Part shown: in pieces, positions 17,903 through 30,271 of the stretch
How the letters are laid out: each line of letters starts with the position of its first letter
Numbering within the stretch: the stretch's first letter is position 1
Virus record (IMG/VR): IMGVR_UViG_3300032280_000659
Coordinates: 32,001 to 96,000 of that record
Reading direction: 5' to 3' (one strand)
Length of the DNA: 64,000 nucleotides
Source: a virus
Lineage: Duplodnaviria; Caudoviricetes
Notes under the pieces: model-generated
The model's database searches: none
What the model was told of the DNA's origin: nothing
The model's input: only the letters and a program-made list of their open reading frames with translations
Program-made: the position numbers and the translations under genes

Positions 17903-19180
17903 AACTTAAAGACATAGTACCATATTGTTTAGACTCTTTCAAATACAGTAGTAAATACTATTGGGTTATAAATGGCCTAACTTACACTATTGATTCTTTA
18001 AAGCGATATAGTCCAGTGCAATCCTTACAAGATCATTATGATGATCCGTATCCTAGTTTGTTTCGTAATGATAACGAAGTATGCGACTATATTAGTCTGA
18101 GTAGATATAGCTTTATTAATCCAAATGAAACTAAAAAAAGCTATGATTCAGAAGATAACTATCTGTCATTAAATCTTAATCATGAGATTACTATTTTTAA
18201 GAACTTTATCATGGTTCATAAAACAGACCATACCACAAATAACGACGAGAATAATATCTTTGAAAGAATGAATTATTTTGTGGCAAATGGACATGAATGT
18301 AATGCTCATCACTATACAATAGGGTTGTTTGCTACTGATCCATTAGGAGGCATAGCAACTAATTTGCGAGATTTATTTAAAGACTTGATAAACCCGCCCG
18401 TCCAACCTAAACCAGCGGAATTGACGCTTGATGAGAAGCTAGATGATCTTATTGATGATCTTATGAAAAATAGTAGAACTACGGCTGTTAAGAAATTGAA
18501 AAGGATGTTAAATGAACGACTATAATAAGTTAAGTTATGATGAATTAGTAAAGAAAAATCTTGAACTAAGACAAATTATTACTGCTCTTAGAAACCAACG
18601 AGAAGAATATGAAAAATGCACAGCAAGAATTAATCCTCCTAATAAAAGCTATAAAGAACTAGAACAAAAACTTGCAGAGACAGAAGAAAAAAAGCAAAAA
18701 GATATTGATGAACTATGGGAAACACGAATTACTCCATTACAAAATGAAGTTAAAGATAAAAAGATACAGCTAGAATCAGCATACAAAGCTAACGAATCTC
18801 AAAAGGATAGGATTAGAGAACTAGAGAGTATTATAGCTAATCAAAATACTATAATTCATATGGCTGCTGGCTATATTAGTTCAACTCCTCAATTTAGAAA
18901 TCAGCATCCTATGAATGTATTAAAGTGGTTAAGAGGTATAATTATACAATGAGTAGATATAAGATTTGTAAATTCGTAGATGGTAACGGACATGAATGGT
19001 ATCAGATTCAAAAAAGATATTGGTTTTTTTGGGACTATTTATGTGGATATAAAGGTGGCGCTCCAGAATTTTCTCCAAGAAGAATTCCTTTAAAATTCTA
19101 TAGTATGGAAGAAATTGATAAATGTATTAAGCTTGAAGAAATACAGAATAATCAATTGCAAATTAAGAAAGTAGAATGTT

Positions 19181-19672
19181 TTGATTATGATGGATAAATT
19201 TGATATTAGACCAACAATAATAGTATTGGGTATTTTAGTATTAGCTTTAATATTTATATTCTATTCAAATTATAGTGAGAAAAATTATAATGACCAATAC
19301 AAAGAAATCTTTATCAAATGCTTGTATTGTAAAGGTACTGGAGAACGAGAAGAAGATATTAATGAACTGATGTATCAAGCGAAAATGGCATTATGGTTCA
19401 ATAAACATATCAATATTGACAGGTGTGAAGTGTGTGATATGATTGAAGATAAGGATCAATATCCTTTTGGTGGTAAATTTATCTGTCCATTAGCTCAAAC
19501 TACTTTTATGTTTATGATGAAAGAATATACAAGTATTGGGACAAAAGTAGAAAAAACAGGTTGTAGTAAATGTATGGGAATGGGAACATTCTCCAGTTTT
19601 GATACGAAAACAGGAAAGTATTTAACTCAAGAGCAATATGAACTCAGAGAGGAAGCTAAATCAAATGACTAA
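19181..19672 (+). CDS. membrane-anchored DnaJ-type zinc-finger protein
   Basis: N-terminal TM; CLYCKGTG and CSKCMGMG repeats. Confidence 0.65.
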   Translation: MIMMDKFDIRPTIIVLGILVLALIFIFYSNYSEKNYNDQYKEIFIKCLYCKGTGEREEDINELMYQAKMALWFNKHINIDRCEVCDMIEDKDQYPFGGKFICPLAQTTFMFMMKEYTSIGTKVEKTGCSKCMGMGTFSSFDTKTGKYLTQEQYELREEAKSND

Positions 19673-20325
19673 AGATGAAAAATTTGACATATCGAAGGAT
19701 AATGATATTTATCTACAATCTCCAACCTTAAAAGAAGTATTAAGAGCTAGTGAGGATTTGTGTCATCACTTAAAAGTTCCTTATGATCCTTATAAAATTA
19801 AAGTAACTACTGATTATGGACGAGGGATAGTGATTTACTACAAGGAAAATGATGAAATTTAGAACAACAATAGAAATAGATATTACTGGTAACAGTAAAC
19901 TATCAGAACAAGATGTTCAAGATTTGATGCAAAAAATAATTGAGCATGGATCGCTACATACCAGTAAAAACATCCAGCATATTCCCATCAAACAAGTATC
20001 GTTCAATATTACAAAAACAGAAGATATAACATGGACTACTAAATCTGGCATTAAAGTCTGGATTAGAAAACCAATTGTGATGTAGAACTTTATAGAATCA
20101 CGCAAACGATAATGACTAAAGATTTTCAAAAACAGTTGCTACATATTATCTCTAAAATAGAAAAGATAGAAGATTTATGCAAAAAAGAGGTTGCTGAACC
20201 ATTCGGGCCTTATCTTGATACTATAGACTTTATGAAGGTGCTTGAGGGTAGTAAAAAATTAACATATTCAGAAGGATTAGAGGCTGGAATATCTCATATG
20301 GCAAGACAAATATTAAGGATTCTTT

Positions 20326-20781
20326 ATGAACGAAACTAATTTTGATATTAAACCAACAATAATAGTATTAGGAACAGTTATAGGGCTATTATTCTGTATT
20401 TTTATTCTTAATCCTATTCATAAAAAGAATATACAAAAACTGTCAGAACCACCACTGATAACTTGTAATCAATGTAAAGGCTCTGGAGAATATCCAACAG
20501 ACGTTAATAAACTTATGATGGATGCTAGTTTGGCATTATTCATAAATCATCATCTTATGGTTGACAAGTGTGAAAAGTGTGTTAAACTGCCTAACGGCGA
20601 CGGTTATGAATACTGTGAGACTGTTGAATCAAAGTATCAAACTTTACTTAAAGAATATGGTGCTGCTGGGCCGAAAATAGATATGGCGGCTTGTGAGAAA
20701 TGTATGGGGATGGGCCAATTTACCACAGTAAAAAAAGATGGGTCATATATGACTCAAGAAGAATATAATGAAACCAATTGA
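20326..20781 (+). CDS. membrane-anchored DnaJ-type zinc-finger protein (paralog of 19181)
   Basis: FDIKPTIIVLG TM start; CNQCKGSG and CEKCMGMG. Confidence 0.65.
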   Translation: MNETNFDIKPTIIVLGTVIGLLFCIFILNPIHKKNIQKLSEPPLITCNQCKGSGEYPTDVNKLMMDASLALFINHHLMVDKCEKCVKLPNGDGYEYCETVESKYQTLLKEYGAAGPKIDMAACEKCMGMGQFTTVKKDGSYMTQEEYNETN

Positions 20782-21028
20782 AGTTGGATTTGATGGAACT
20801 ATACAGATTTATAATGGAACTAGTAGTCCATATAAAATCATATTTGCACGATCAACACATGATGATAAGGGGCCAGATGTTTGGTCAGCTAGTTGGAATC
20901 CTAACATAAATAACAAAATTAAGAATACATTTATTTGGTGGGCAAAGAAAGATGAGCCAGAATTATTTTATCGAAATAAAGATGGTAAGCTGTTTACTGT
21001 AAATTTTGAACCTTTTGAGGCATAGTTT

Positions 21029-21418
21029 GTGACTGGTTTAAATATACGGTCGCCTTGGTCTACCCTTTTAATTAATGGTCAGAAAACGGTCGAAACCCGC
21101 TCCTATCGCCTCCCACAAAGATTAGAAGGAGTTGAGTTGGCAGTAATTGAAACTCCGGGGAAATCGGCTAAGTTTAAGAGTAGAATTATCGGAACCATAA
21201 CTTTTAGTCATTGTTTTCAATATCAGAATAAAGGTCACTGGGCTTTTGATTATGAAAGACATTGTGTTCATATTACTAATGAGTATGGTTGGAAAGATGA
21301 TAAGCCTAAGTTTGGATGGGTTGTAAAATCTGTGAAAAAGTTTGAAAATCCTATTGAACCTCCAGCTAAACGTGGTATAATTTACGCTAGAAACTGCAAC
21401 ATTTTTGAGGAGAAATAA
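21029..21418 (+). CDS. ASCH-domain protein
   Basis: LNIRSPWSTLLINGQKTVETRSY (G-x-K-x-x-E-x-R) signature. Confidence 0.85.
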   Translation: MTGLNIRSPWSTLLINGQKTVETRSYRLPQRLEGVELAVIETPGKSAKFKSRIIGTITFSHCFQYQNKGHWAFDYERHCVHITNEYGWKDDKPKFGWVVKSVKKFENPIEPPAKRGIIYARNCNIFEEK

Positions 21419-24346
21419 AATGAATAATACTGAACCAACCAGATTTAGCAAAGAATTTCTTGAGTCTGCCAGAGAATGTGCATCATACATTTTCGATAGT
21501 GAAACTGAACAAAATTCTTACCAGAACTATATTGAAGAAGGACATGATCCTAGAGAACATATTATGTATCATGCTGCTATTATACTAGGTAAAGATGATC
21601 AATTTGATGTTGATATTAGTGAATATGAAAATTTGGAGGATCAAGTATGAGATGGGTTTTTATTGTGGCTAGAAATTCTACCATTGAGAAAGTTAAAGTT
21701 TTTGATGATTATTTTCAGGGAGAGATTCATACTAATGAGTATCTTAGGATAGGATTTGGGGTCAATGGGGTTGATTTTCCAGAATATCGTAAAGGAGAGT
21801 ATTATCAAAGTGCTGATTCTGGAGTTAGTATTGGTCTTTATAAGGACAATACCTAAAAATTCAAGTTGACCGCTGAGTATGACGATGTATAATGCAAGGG
21901 TATCGAAAAGTTATTTTAATAAACACAAACCGGAGTTTTATTATGAGCGTTTTTAAGATTAGTGTTTTGGTTGCTGCTTTTTTGAGTTTTGCTCTTAGTG
22001 TTGGTCTTTGGTTTAGCGGTATGCCAGAGGCTAAAGATAGTGGACTTTTTGTAGGTTTGTGGGTTCCTAGTATTCTTAGTCTTGGTAATCTATTCTCTTA
22101 TAAGGGAGATTAATCATGGAAATGTTTATTTTTTTTGCAGGGCTAATAATTACTCTGATTGTTAGTTCTGGTTTAGCTATTAGTATTTTGTTTTTGGGTG
22201 ACATGAATCCAGACTCTAGGAAAAATCGAAGAGTTAATTATACATTGTCTGATCTGAAAAACAGTGACAATCTTAAAAAACTCATAGCAGAAATAAAAGA
22301 TTACAAAGAAAAAGTTGGCTGTTGACAAACAACGATACAGTAGTATACTAGGGCATACCTTGGAGAAATCAAATGAGTCCAACAGTTCAACAAAAAGTTC
22401 AAGATTTGATTGATAAGTATTTTATTGGTGAGAATAATTACTATCTGCTTATCAAACAAGATAACCTAAATAAATTCTTGTCAGAATACAACAAGATTAT
22501 TATCACTCGTACAGTTGAAGTTTGTGGTCTACACTAATTATTGGAGAAAATATGACAGTTCAACAGCTTCGTAATAGCGGATATAAGGTTAGGGTTCTTC
22601 ATAATCGTCTTTACAATGGATATTATAAGTGGCAAGTGGGTAGCAAGCCTAGTGGTGAACAGGGTTATGGGCCTATTGATCCAGATACTAAAGGTGGATC
22701 AACCCAAATTATAATTGATGGCCCATCTGGTGATCATTATGATGGACTCGCTATTTGTAGTAAGAAAGAGAACTATAATAAAAAGCTGGGCGTTAGAATT
22801 GCTCTTGGGCGTTGTAACATTAAACAGCCAGCATATATTCCAGTCGAGGCAGAAAATGACTAAAGAAGAAAAATTGGAAGAAATTAGGCGAATGTGCTTG
22901 GGTATTATGCAAAACTGGAGCCAAAAGTCTAGTTATAATGATCCTTATGAAGATGGAAAAATTGTTGGTCGTTCAACTTTAGCTGAAACCATTTTAGATA
23001 TCATTAATGAATCATCAAACACCTAATACCATTATAAGTTTGATTGGTGGGCCTTTGTGCGGCGAAAGTGTCACCATGAAAGGTGGTAGAGTTCCTAATA
23101 GTATTCCAATGTTTTCAGAAGATAAATTTTATACATACAATCTTATTATAAACCAAGAAGAAGATTGGACTAACATTTATTATGAATATTCTAATGAAGT
23201 AATGGAGGTCACTACTAATGGCAAAGAGTTTTGAAGATTTGATGAAGAAAACTTGTTCCAAAGATGTTATTATTGCAGGATATAAAAAAGCAATGAATTA
23301 TTGGGCGGAATATATTGGTCTTAATGAAGCACAACAGACAACAGGGACTATTTCAACTACAAAAATTTTTAGACCATACACTATTACTACCAAAACGGTT
23401 AGTCATTATAGTAAACCAAAGAGGCGTGATCCTGCACGACACTGGAAATGAAACTATACCAAGAAAAGACGGTGAAGGTTCTTGATCAAATAATGTGCGA
23501 TATTTGTGGTAAAAATTGTACTGATGATTTTTACAATAACCACGAAAATGCAACCCTTGAAGCAAATTGGGGATATAGCACCAGCAGAGATGGAGACAGA
23601 TTTGAAATTCATCTTTGTGAAAATTGTTTCAGTGAAACTCTAGGATTTCTAAGACATAAAAGAAAAAGTGTTTTGGGGCCATTTAATTATCCTTATGATA
23701 ATGATCCTTTAAATGGTTATAGACATGATATTTAGTATAGTTTGAATTGACAGAGATGTTTCACTATTTATAATAAATTATTCTCATACCATACATAATT
23801 TAAAAAGCTATAAAAAAGACATGATCTTAAATGAATACTTAATAACACAGTTGGATCATACTGTAATGATCTTATTGTCTATAGATAATAAAGAAATATT
23901 TCAATACAATTACTGGAACTGGATTAAACAAACAGAGCAATTACATCTATTGAATGACAACCTAACTATTGGTCATATTATTTATACTACAGGAATTGTA
24001 GAGAACAATGAAGATGGTAGTATGAGTTATAAGAGCGAACAGCATCCTAAAAATTGCACAATTAACTTTTATTTTGGAAAAGCTATTCCGTAATGAAGAT
24101 TGTTATGAGAATGAAGGGAGTATGTAAATAATATGTCAGAAATGGCACCACTTAAATATTTATGCTATGATAAAAATCAAAGAAAACATATCATTAGTAT
24201 TTGTGATAATGAAGAAATTAAAAAACATATACTTGATCTATATAATTTGATAGAGTATCAGCTTATAATGATACATGAACAAAGAAGCGAAATTATCGCT
24301 AAAGAACATAAAAAAGCATGGAAACATTACGACAAAAAAGACAGTG

Positions 24347-24478
24347 ATGAAACAAGAACATAGCCATAATCCACTATCTAGAGAGTTTCTATTACAGAGA
24401 AATTTTTGTTGTGGTAAAAAATGTGTCAACTGTCCTTTTATTCCTAAGTGGCAACACGGGGCTAATAAAAAAATTTAA
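24347..24478 (+). CDS. small Cys-rich protein (DUF5522-like)
   Basis: FLLQRNFCCGKKCVNCPF. Confidence 0.6.
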   Translation: MKQEHSHNPLSREFLLQRNFCCGKKCVNCPFIPKWQHGANKKI

Positions 24479-25656
24479 GCTTTGGCTTGACAACGCCGAT
24501 ATGATTTGATATACTAACGTATCGTGTTTGATGTTTTCATTGGTGAATCATTTGAAATTTTAGGTTAGTTAATTATAAGGAGATTTTGTGAATACTACAA
24601 GTTCATTTATTGATCAGGTTTTTGAATACATTAATACTCAGTATGGTAAGAATACACTCAAAACAGTTCAGATTAATAATAATAAGTCTGTTGTTGATAA
24701 AATTGTTACATCATCAATAAGACAAGAAGATAGTATAGAACATACAGCAAATAAAATCATTGCAATGCTGAGAATTAATCCATGAAGAAAAAAGATGTGC
24801 GTACCGATGCACACTCTTTCTATATGTCTGTTTACTCTTATATTGACATGGAGTATCATCCAAGATATAGTAAAATTTTAGCAGATTCAGACATATCTGA
24901 GATGCTTGTGGATTTTATCATCAGATATTATTGGGGAGGTAATACAGTACAGTTTACTGCTGGACAAACTATTAATGCTATCAAGATTAAATACAAGATC
25001 TAATGTTAGTAAAAATATGGATATTTCTTGCGTGTCTTATTCTTATAGAAACTATTGTGAATAGTTTTTCTGACCAAAATCAATAAAGGACGTTATAATG
25101 AAAATGTTTATTACTGCCTTTAGCTGCCTCTTTTTTTTTCAACAGTCGTTATACGCCAACCCAAATGAGTGGATGCCATACATTCCCAATGCTCCAGTAA
25201 CTAACTATCAAGCACCAACATTTGTAGAAACACAGCAAACTATACTTACAACTATTAGGCCAGCACCAATTATTGTCTATAGTTGGGTTCCGGTTTATGT
25301 TAATCAACCAGTTATTTATGAAAAGTATAGTATTTTTTATAGACAAAGAATTGTAGCTCAACAGCCCGTTATTTATTGGGTTTATAGACCCATAGCATAC
25401 TAATCAAGTACCCTCTGGACTAAATGAATGATACAGCCTGATACTAATAAAAGTTTCTTAAAAAAAGAAACAATATATCTAGAACAAAAAGAAAAGATCA
25501 AAAAATTTTTACAAGAAAATGACACTGGTAATGTCATCAGATGTATTGTAGAAAATCTGGATAGTATACCCGATCTAACACTTACTCAAAATGTAGAAAT
25601 GTTTAGGTTAGTATCTTCCTTAGAAGATGCTCAACACTCTTACAATAAGATATTTA

Positions 25657-26271
25657 ATGTTATTCAAGAAGATAAAACAACTCAAGTTTAATGCTGTGCT
25701 ACTACAGACAGACTCGCAAGAATCTTTGTGTAGAACATTTATTAGATTCCAAGAATTTTATGAGAGTCCAAAATTTAAAAACACTATCTTCACACTTGGT
25801 CAACTCAAGCATTGGTACAGCATCACCTATGGTGCTGATACATACCATAGAGATTGGGAGGGGTTTAATTTCCCTAGTTATGTACTAAAACCTTTTATAA
25901 ACGGACTGTTTGACCCATTAACAACAGAAGAAAGCGAATTAATATCCTTATTCAGATATAGAAATGACGATTTCTATGTTATAGGAGCAAACGATGAGTC
26001 TACCATAAGACATGAATTATCTCATGCTCTTTATGCGTATAGCAAACAATATAAAAAACATATAGATGTTATTTGTCACAAATATGATAAAAAACTAAAT
26101 AAAATAAAACAATATTTACTTGATAAAGGCTATTGTAATGATGTGTTAAATGATGAGATTCAAGCCTATACTACAGATAATGACGACGATTTTATAAAAG
26201 AACATTTAGATCCGATAATTGCTCATAAAATTAATAGGCTTTATACTAGCTATTACAATGAAACCAAATGA
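25657..26271 (+). CDS. HExxH-containing protein (putative metallopeptidase)
   Basis: TIRHELSHALY...DEIQAY; start codon uncertain. Confidence 0.5.
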   Translation: MLFKKIKQLKFNAVLLQTDSQESLCRTFIRFQEFYESPKFKNTIFTLGQLKHWYSITYGADTYHRDWEGFNFPSYVLKPFINGLFDPLTTEESELISLFRYRNDDFYVIGANDESTIRHELSHALYAYSKQYKKHIDVICHKYDKKLNKIKQYLLDKGYCNDVLNDEIQAYTTDNDDDFIKEHLDPIIAHKINRLYTSYYNETK

Positions 26272-26859
26272 AATAGATCAAATCAAAGTTGGAGTATTTG
26301 TATACGATATACTAAATAGAAAATATCGTATAGAAAATTACTCTATTAAATATTACGAAGGAAGTATTACACAAGTATTTGTGGATATTAGAAATGAATT
26401 TGGCGATCTTTTTCAAAATGTCGAATATCAATTTTTGTACACTAGTGTAGAGTATATGTCAGACTTAGAGCGTTTATTTTGTGATTGGGTAAAAGATAAT
26501 TATATAATATCAACACAAGACCTATACTATCTAGCCCTAGATGAACTAGATAAAATTTTTACATACTTTAGTGCAGGATTTAACTCTTATAATAGAATAC
26601 CCATAAACAATGACAATTAATGAAATAAAACGCTGGGCAAAAGAAAAAGGCTACTCTATTACTAAAGAAAAGAATGAGGATGGTACTCATCAGTATCTTT
26701 GGTCTAAACACAGTGATGCTTCTATTTCTGGGGTTACAACTAGTGTTAGTAAAGTGGCTACTGCTATTTTTAATCATATGACAGATAATAAGTGGGTTGA
26801 TCATCAAACAAAATTTAAAGAAGAACAAGCCGACATTAAAAAATTTACGGTGACTGATT

Positions 26860-27366
26860 ATGGTTCTTAAAAACTTATATATTGATAGAGAATGGGAAAC
26901 TAAATGTATAGACAAAATATGTGAATACATTAAGGATAATGGTTTATTTGATTTTGAGCTTGATAAAATAGCTATATTACAATTAAGTTATGAATATTCT
27001 GGCTTGATGGCACAACTAATGTCACACAAGCTATCTATGAAAAATGAGCCTATAGATATAGAACCAGTTAATATTCCATACAAAAATGAATTTGAACCAA
27101 TTATTCATCCAGATCAATTAGACCCATATACGAAACTTATTGTTATTGATAGCGGCTGTTTAAGCGGAAACAACTTTAAAAGAATAGAGAAGAAAATATT
27201 AGATTACGGCTTTATTAAAAGAAAAGATACATTTTTTACCTGTGTAGCGTGTGATCTTAATAGTATTTTTAAGCCAGATTTTTGTCCAATATATTTTAAT
27301 GGAGATGAACAGATGGTTCATTTCTGGTGGGAAACTAAAACAGATAAATTTAGGAGAGATAAATGA
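26860..27366 (+). CDS. phosphoribosyltransferase-like protein
   Basis: KLIVIDSGCLSGNNF PRPP-loop variant; C-terminal HFWWE. Confidence 0.55.
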   Translation: MVLKNLYIDREWETKCIDKICEYIKDNGLFDFELDKIAILQLSYEYSGLMAQLMSHKLSMKNEPIDIEPVNIPYKNEFEPIIHPDQLDPYTKLIVIDSGCLSGNNFKRIEKKILDYGFIKRKDTFFTCVACDLNSIFKPDFCPIYFNGDEQMVHFWWETKTDKFRRDK

Positions 27367-28010
27367 GTTCAGTAAAGCTAATTTCGGTAACTCCAGATGC
27401 AGAAAAACTTATGGCTTATTGTGCTAGAGTCTCAAACCCGAATAACCAAGATAATGATAATTATGCAAAGCTATTAGCATACTGTATTAAAAATCAACAC
27501 TGGAGTATATTTGAACAAGCTTTTATGACAGTTGAAATCAATACAACAAGAGGATTAGCTGCTCAAATTCTCAGACATAGAAGCTTTACTTTTCAAGAAT
27601 TTAGTCAAAGGTATGCAGATACAACATTACTTTCCGAAGATATTCCTCTATTTGAATTAAGAAGGCAAGATAATAAAAATAGACAAAATAGTATTGATGA
27701 TATATCTGATGAGACCAAAGTAAAATGGAATGTACAAATTCGTGAACATTTTTCTAAAGCTAAAGCTATTTATGATGGTATGGTTGCTGATGGAATAGCT
27801 AAAGAATGTGCTAGATTTGTTTTACCATTAGCAACTCCAACTAGGCTTTATGTCAGTGGTTCAATCCGTAGCTGGATTCACTATATCGAATTACGATCCT
27901 CTAACGGTACTCAAAAAGAACATAGGCTTATTGCAGAAGAAATTAGAGGAATTTTTTCGGAACAATTCCCCACAGTATCAGAAGCATTGAATTGGTCAAT
28001 AACTAATTAA
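27363..28010 (+). CDS. thyX: FAD-dependent thymidylate synthase
   Basis: HWSIFE, QILRHRSFTFQEFSQRY ThyX motif, ECARFVLP. Confidence 0.96.
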   Translation: MSSVKLISVTPDAEKLMAYCARVSNPNNQDNDNYAKLLAYCIKNQHWSIFEQAFMTVEINTTRGLAAQILRHRSFTFQEFSQRYADTTLLSEDIPLFELRRQDNKNRQNSIDDISDETKVKWNVQIREHFSKAKAIYDGMVADGIAKECARFVLPLATPTRLYVSGSIRSWIHYIELRSSNGTQKEHRLIAEEIRGIFSEQFPTVSEALNWSITN

Positions 28011-28071
28011 ATTCTAAAGACTCTCTTGACTTCTACCGATACTATGGTATACTTCGACAAACGGAGGAAAT

Positions 28072-28983
28072 ATGAGATTTGGATTGTGTTGCATTTCGCT
28101 CAAACTTAAAGAACAAGGGTTTGGTCATCAAACAATGACTTATAAGCGGTTTAATTCTCTTCCAAGAGAAGAGGCGTTAGAAATTCTTGGAGATAGAATT
28201 CTAAATAATCTAATTACAACAGATAAAACTATTCAATTTTGTGCAGAGAATAACTACACTTATCGTGTTAGTAGTGATATTTTTCCACTCATTACTTACG
28301 ATGAGGCTAATGTAAACCTTGAAGATTTGCCAAATTATGACGCTATTCAAAATGAGTTTGATAATATTGCACAGAGCGTATCCTCTACTAATGTACGGGT
28401 TTCTGCTCATCCTAGTGAATTTAATAGTTTGGCAAGTCTCAACGAAAAAGTTGTCGAAAAAACAATTACAGAACTCAACTTCTACAGTAGTTTCTTTGAC
28501 AGAATTGGACTTCCAGCAGATCGTAGATCACCAATGAACTTTCATGTTCATAATAATAATGGAACTAGAGAAGAAATTACCCACAGGTTCTACAATAACT
28601 TTAAGAAACTGGACAATAATTGTCAGGCTCGTATAACAATCGAAAACGATGACAAACTTAATTGCTGGAGTGTCAAAGAATTAGTAAATATTTTTCATCC
28701 AATCACAAGAATTCCCATCTGTTTCGATTATCTGCACCACAAATGTCATCCAAATAATTTGACAGAAAGTGATGCTATTAATATGTGTTGGGAGACTTGG
28801 CAAACTAAACCTCTTTTCCATTATAGTGAAAGTCGATTTGGTAGTAATCCAAGAGCGCACGCCGATTATGCTACTGAACCATTAGATACTTATGGACTAG
28901 AGTTCGATCTTGATATGGAACTTAAAGCTAAAGACCTAGCTATTGCAGAATATAATGAAATTTTAACAACACTTTCTAAATAA
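28072..28983 (+). CDS. uvsE: UV damage endonuclease (UVDE)
   Basis: GLCC, YRVSSDIFP, RVSAHP, IENDD, FDYLHH, HYSES, AHADY, MELKAKD. Confidence 0.92.
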   Translation: MRFGLCCISLKLKEQGFGHQTMTYKRFNSLPREEALEILGDRILNNLITTDKTIQFCAENNYTYRVSSDIFPLITYDEANVNLEDLPNYDAIQNEFDNIAQSVSSTNVRVSAHPSEFNSLASLNEKVVEKTITELNFYSSFFDRIGLPADRRSPMNFHVHNNNGTREEITHRFYNNFKKLDNNCQARITIENDDKLNCWSVKELVNIFHPITRIPICFDYLHHKCHPNNLTESDAINMCWETWQTKPLFHYSESRFGSNPRAHADYATEPLDTYGLEFDLDMELKAKDLAIAEYNEILTTLSK

Positions 28984-29457
28984 GGAGATATAACTATGGC
29001 TCAGATCGGTGCAATTTCAATTAGTCCTAATGTTAACACACAAGCGATCATCAACTTGCTAAAGGAAGATAAGAAGATTACTATTGGACAGGAGCAGGTT
29101 GCTTCCGATGGTTCCAAATACATACCCATAGAAAAGAATTAAATGTCTGCTAATCTCATTCTTATTACCGGTATAATATACCTATATATAGCTATAGAAC
29201 AAGGTTATTTACATAATAACTATGGTATGTTTATAGCATATCTTGGTTATGCCGCAGCCAATGTTGGGCTATATATGTTAGCTTCTAAATAGGAGAATTT
29301 ATGAAAGAGCCTAAAAAAATTAGACTAAATCCAGACGCACCAATATCTAAAGAACCAAACAAATATAGATTACCACCTATTAATAAAACTGAATGGGATG
29401 TTACTGGTCAAGATAATGATGATGTTTATATATCTTTAGATTTGGATATGGATAAAA

Positions 29458-29916
29458 ATGATGAAAATAATTCACAAGACAATTAAAAAAGCATATGAAA
29501 ATTGGGAGCCTAATCCTCTTGTTCGTTGTTATCATTATTGTGCTGCTTTTGATGGTACGAGAATGATTGAGTTTGCAAGAAATAATCCTATTAAGATGAG
29601 TACCAAAGCTTTTAGGATTGGAAAAAGATTTAATATCCCTAAGTATTTGGAGTATCCTTATGTTCATAGTGAATCTCATCTTATTTCTAAATTACTTGAT
29701 CGCTATAACTCCATTGATCCTAATTGGAGTGTATGTGTCTTACGAATTAATAGACAGGGATTAATTCTTGGGAGCAAGCCGTGCATTAATTGCTCTAAAT
29801 TGTTATCGGCAGTAGGGTTAACTCAGGTATATTACAGTAATGACGATGGTGATTTTATTTGTCCTACCAGAACCATCAAAGTTGACGTATTGACAATGCC
29901 GATACCTATGGTATAA
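29458..29916 (+). CDS. zinc-dependent cytidine/deoxycytidylate-deaminase-fold protein
   Basis: VHSE...SKPCINC (HxE/PCxxC) and VYYS. Confidence 0.8.
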   Translation: MMKIIHKTIKKAYENWEPNPLVRCYHYCAAFDGTRMIEFARNNPIKMSTKAFRIGKRFNIPKYLEYPYVHSESHLISKLLDRYNSIDPNWSVCVLRINRQGLILGSKPCINCSKLLSAVGLTQVYYSNDDGDFICPTRTIKVDVLTMPIPMV

Positions 29917-29953
29917 AGAAAGCGTTACTAGTCTATTCTTTTTTGGAGACAAG

Positions 29954-30172
29954 ATGAATTGTATTTATTGCAAAAATTGTGTCGGTATTGAAAGATATGA
30001 ATTTCTAATTGAAACCAATAGAAATGTAGTTTGTAAAGAATGTTCAGCAGAGAAGAAAGCTGTTGGATTTATGGATTGGGGACATAAAACAGCACCAAGT
30101 TTGGTTATGGTTCCAAGCAATGCTAAAGAAACTATTCGTAAACTTGATAGGGCTAATAGGAGAGCTAGATGA
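29954..30172 (+). CDS. TraR/DksA-like C4 zinc-finger protein
   Basis: CIYC...ERYEFL...CKEC; own promoter at 29890. Confidence 0.5.
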   Translation: MNCIYCKNCVGIERYEFLIETNRNVVCKECSAEKKAVGFMDWGHKTAPSLVMVPSNAKETIRKLDRANRRAR

Positions 30173-30271
30173 AACAGATAAAATCCCACTGCTATTTTCG
30201 TTTTTCTCCTAACTGAAGCTATTCTATATTAGAAATAACAAAATTATTTGTCAATAAATAGAAAAGAAAAA

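Noticed and set aside
29458-29916. Deaminase as a dedicated A34 editor for tRNA-Ser(ACT)
   Set aside because: It has only the generic HxE/PCxxC motif, lacks recognisable TadA-specific features and is unlinked to the tRNA; I34 would also cause misreading of AGA.
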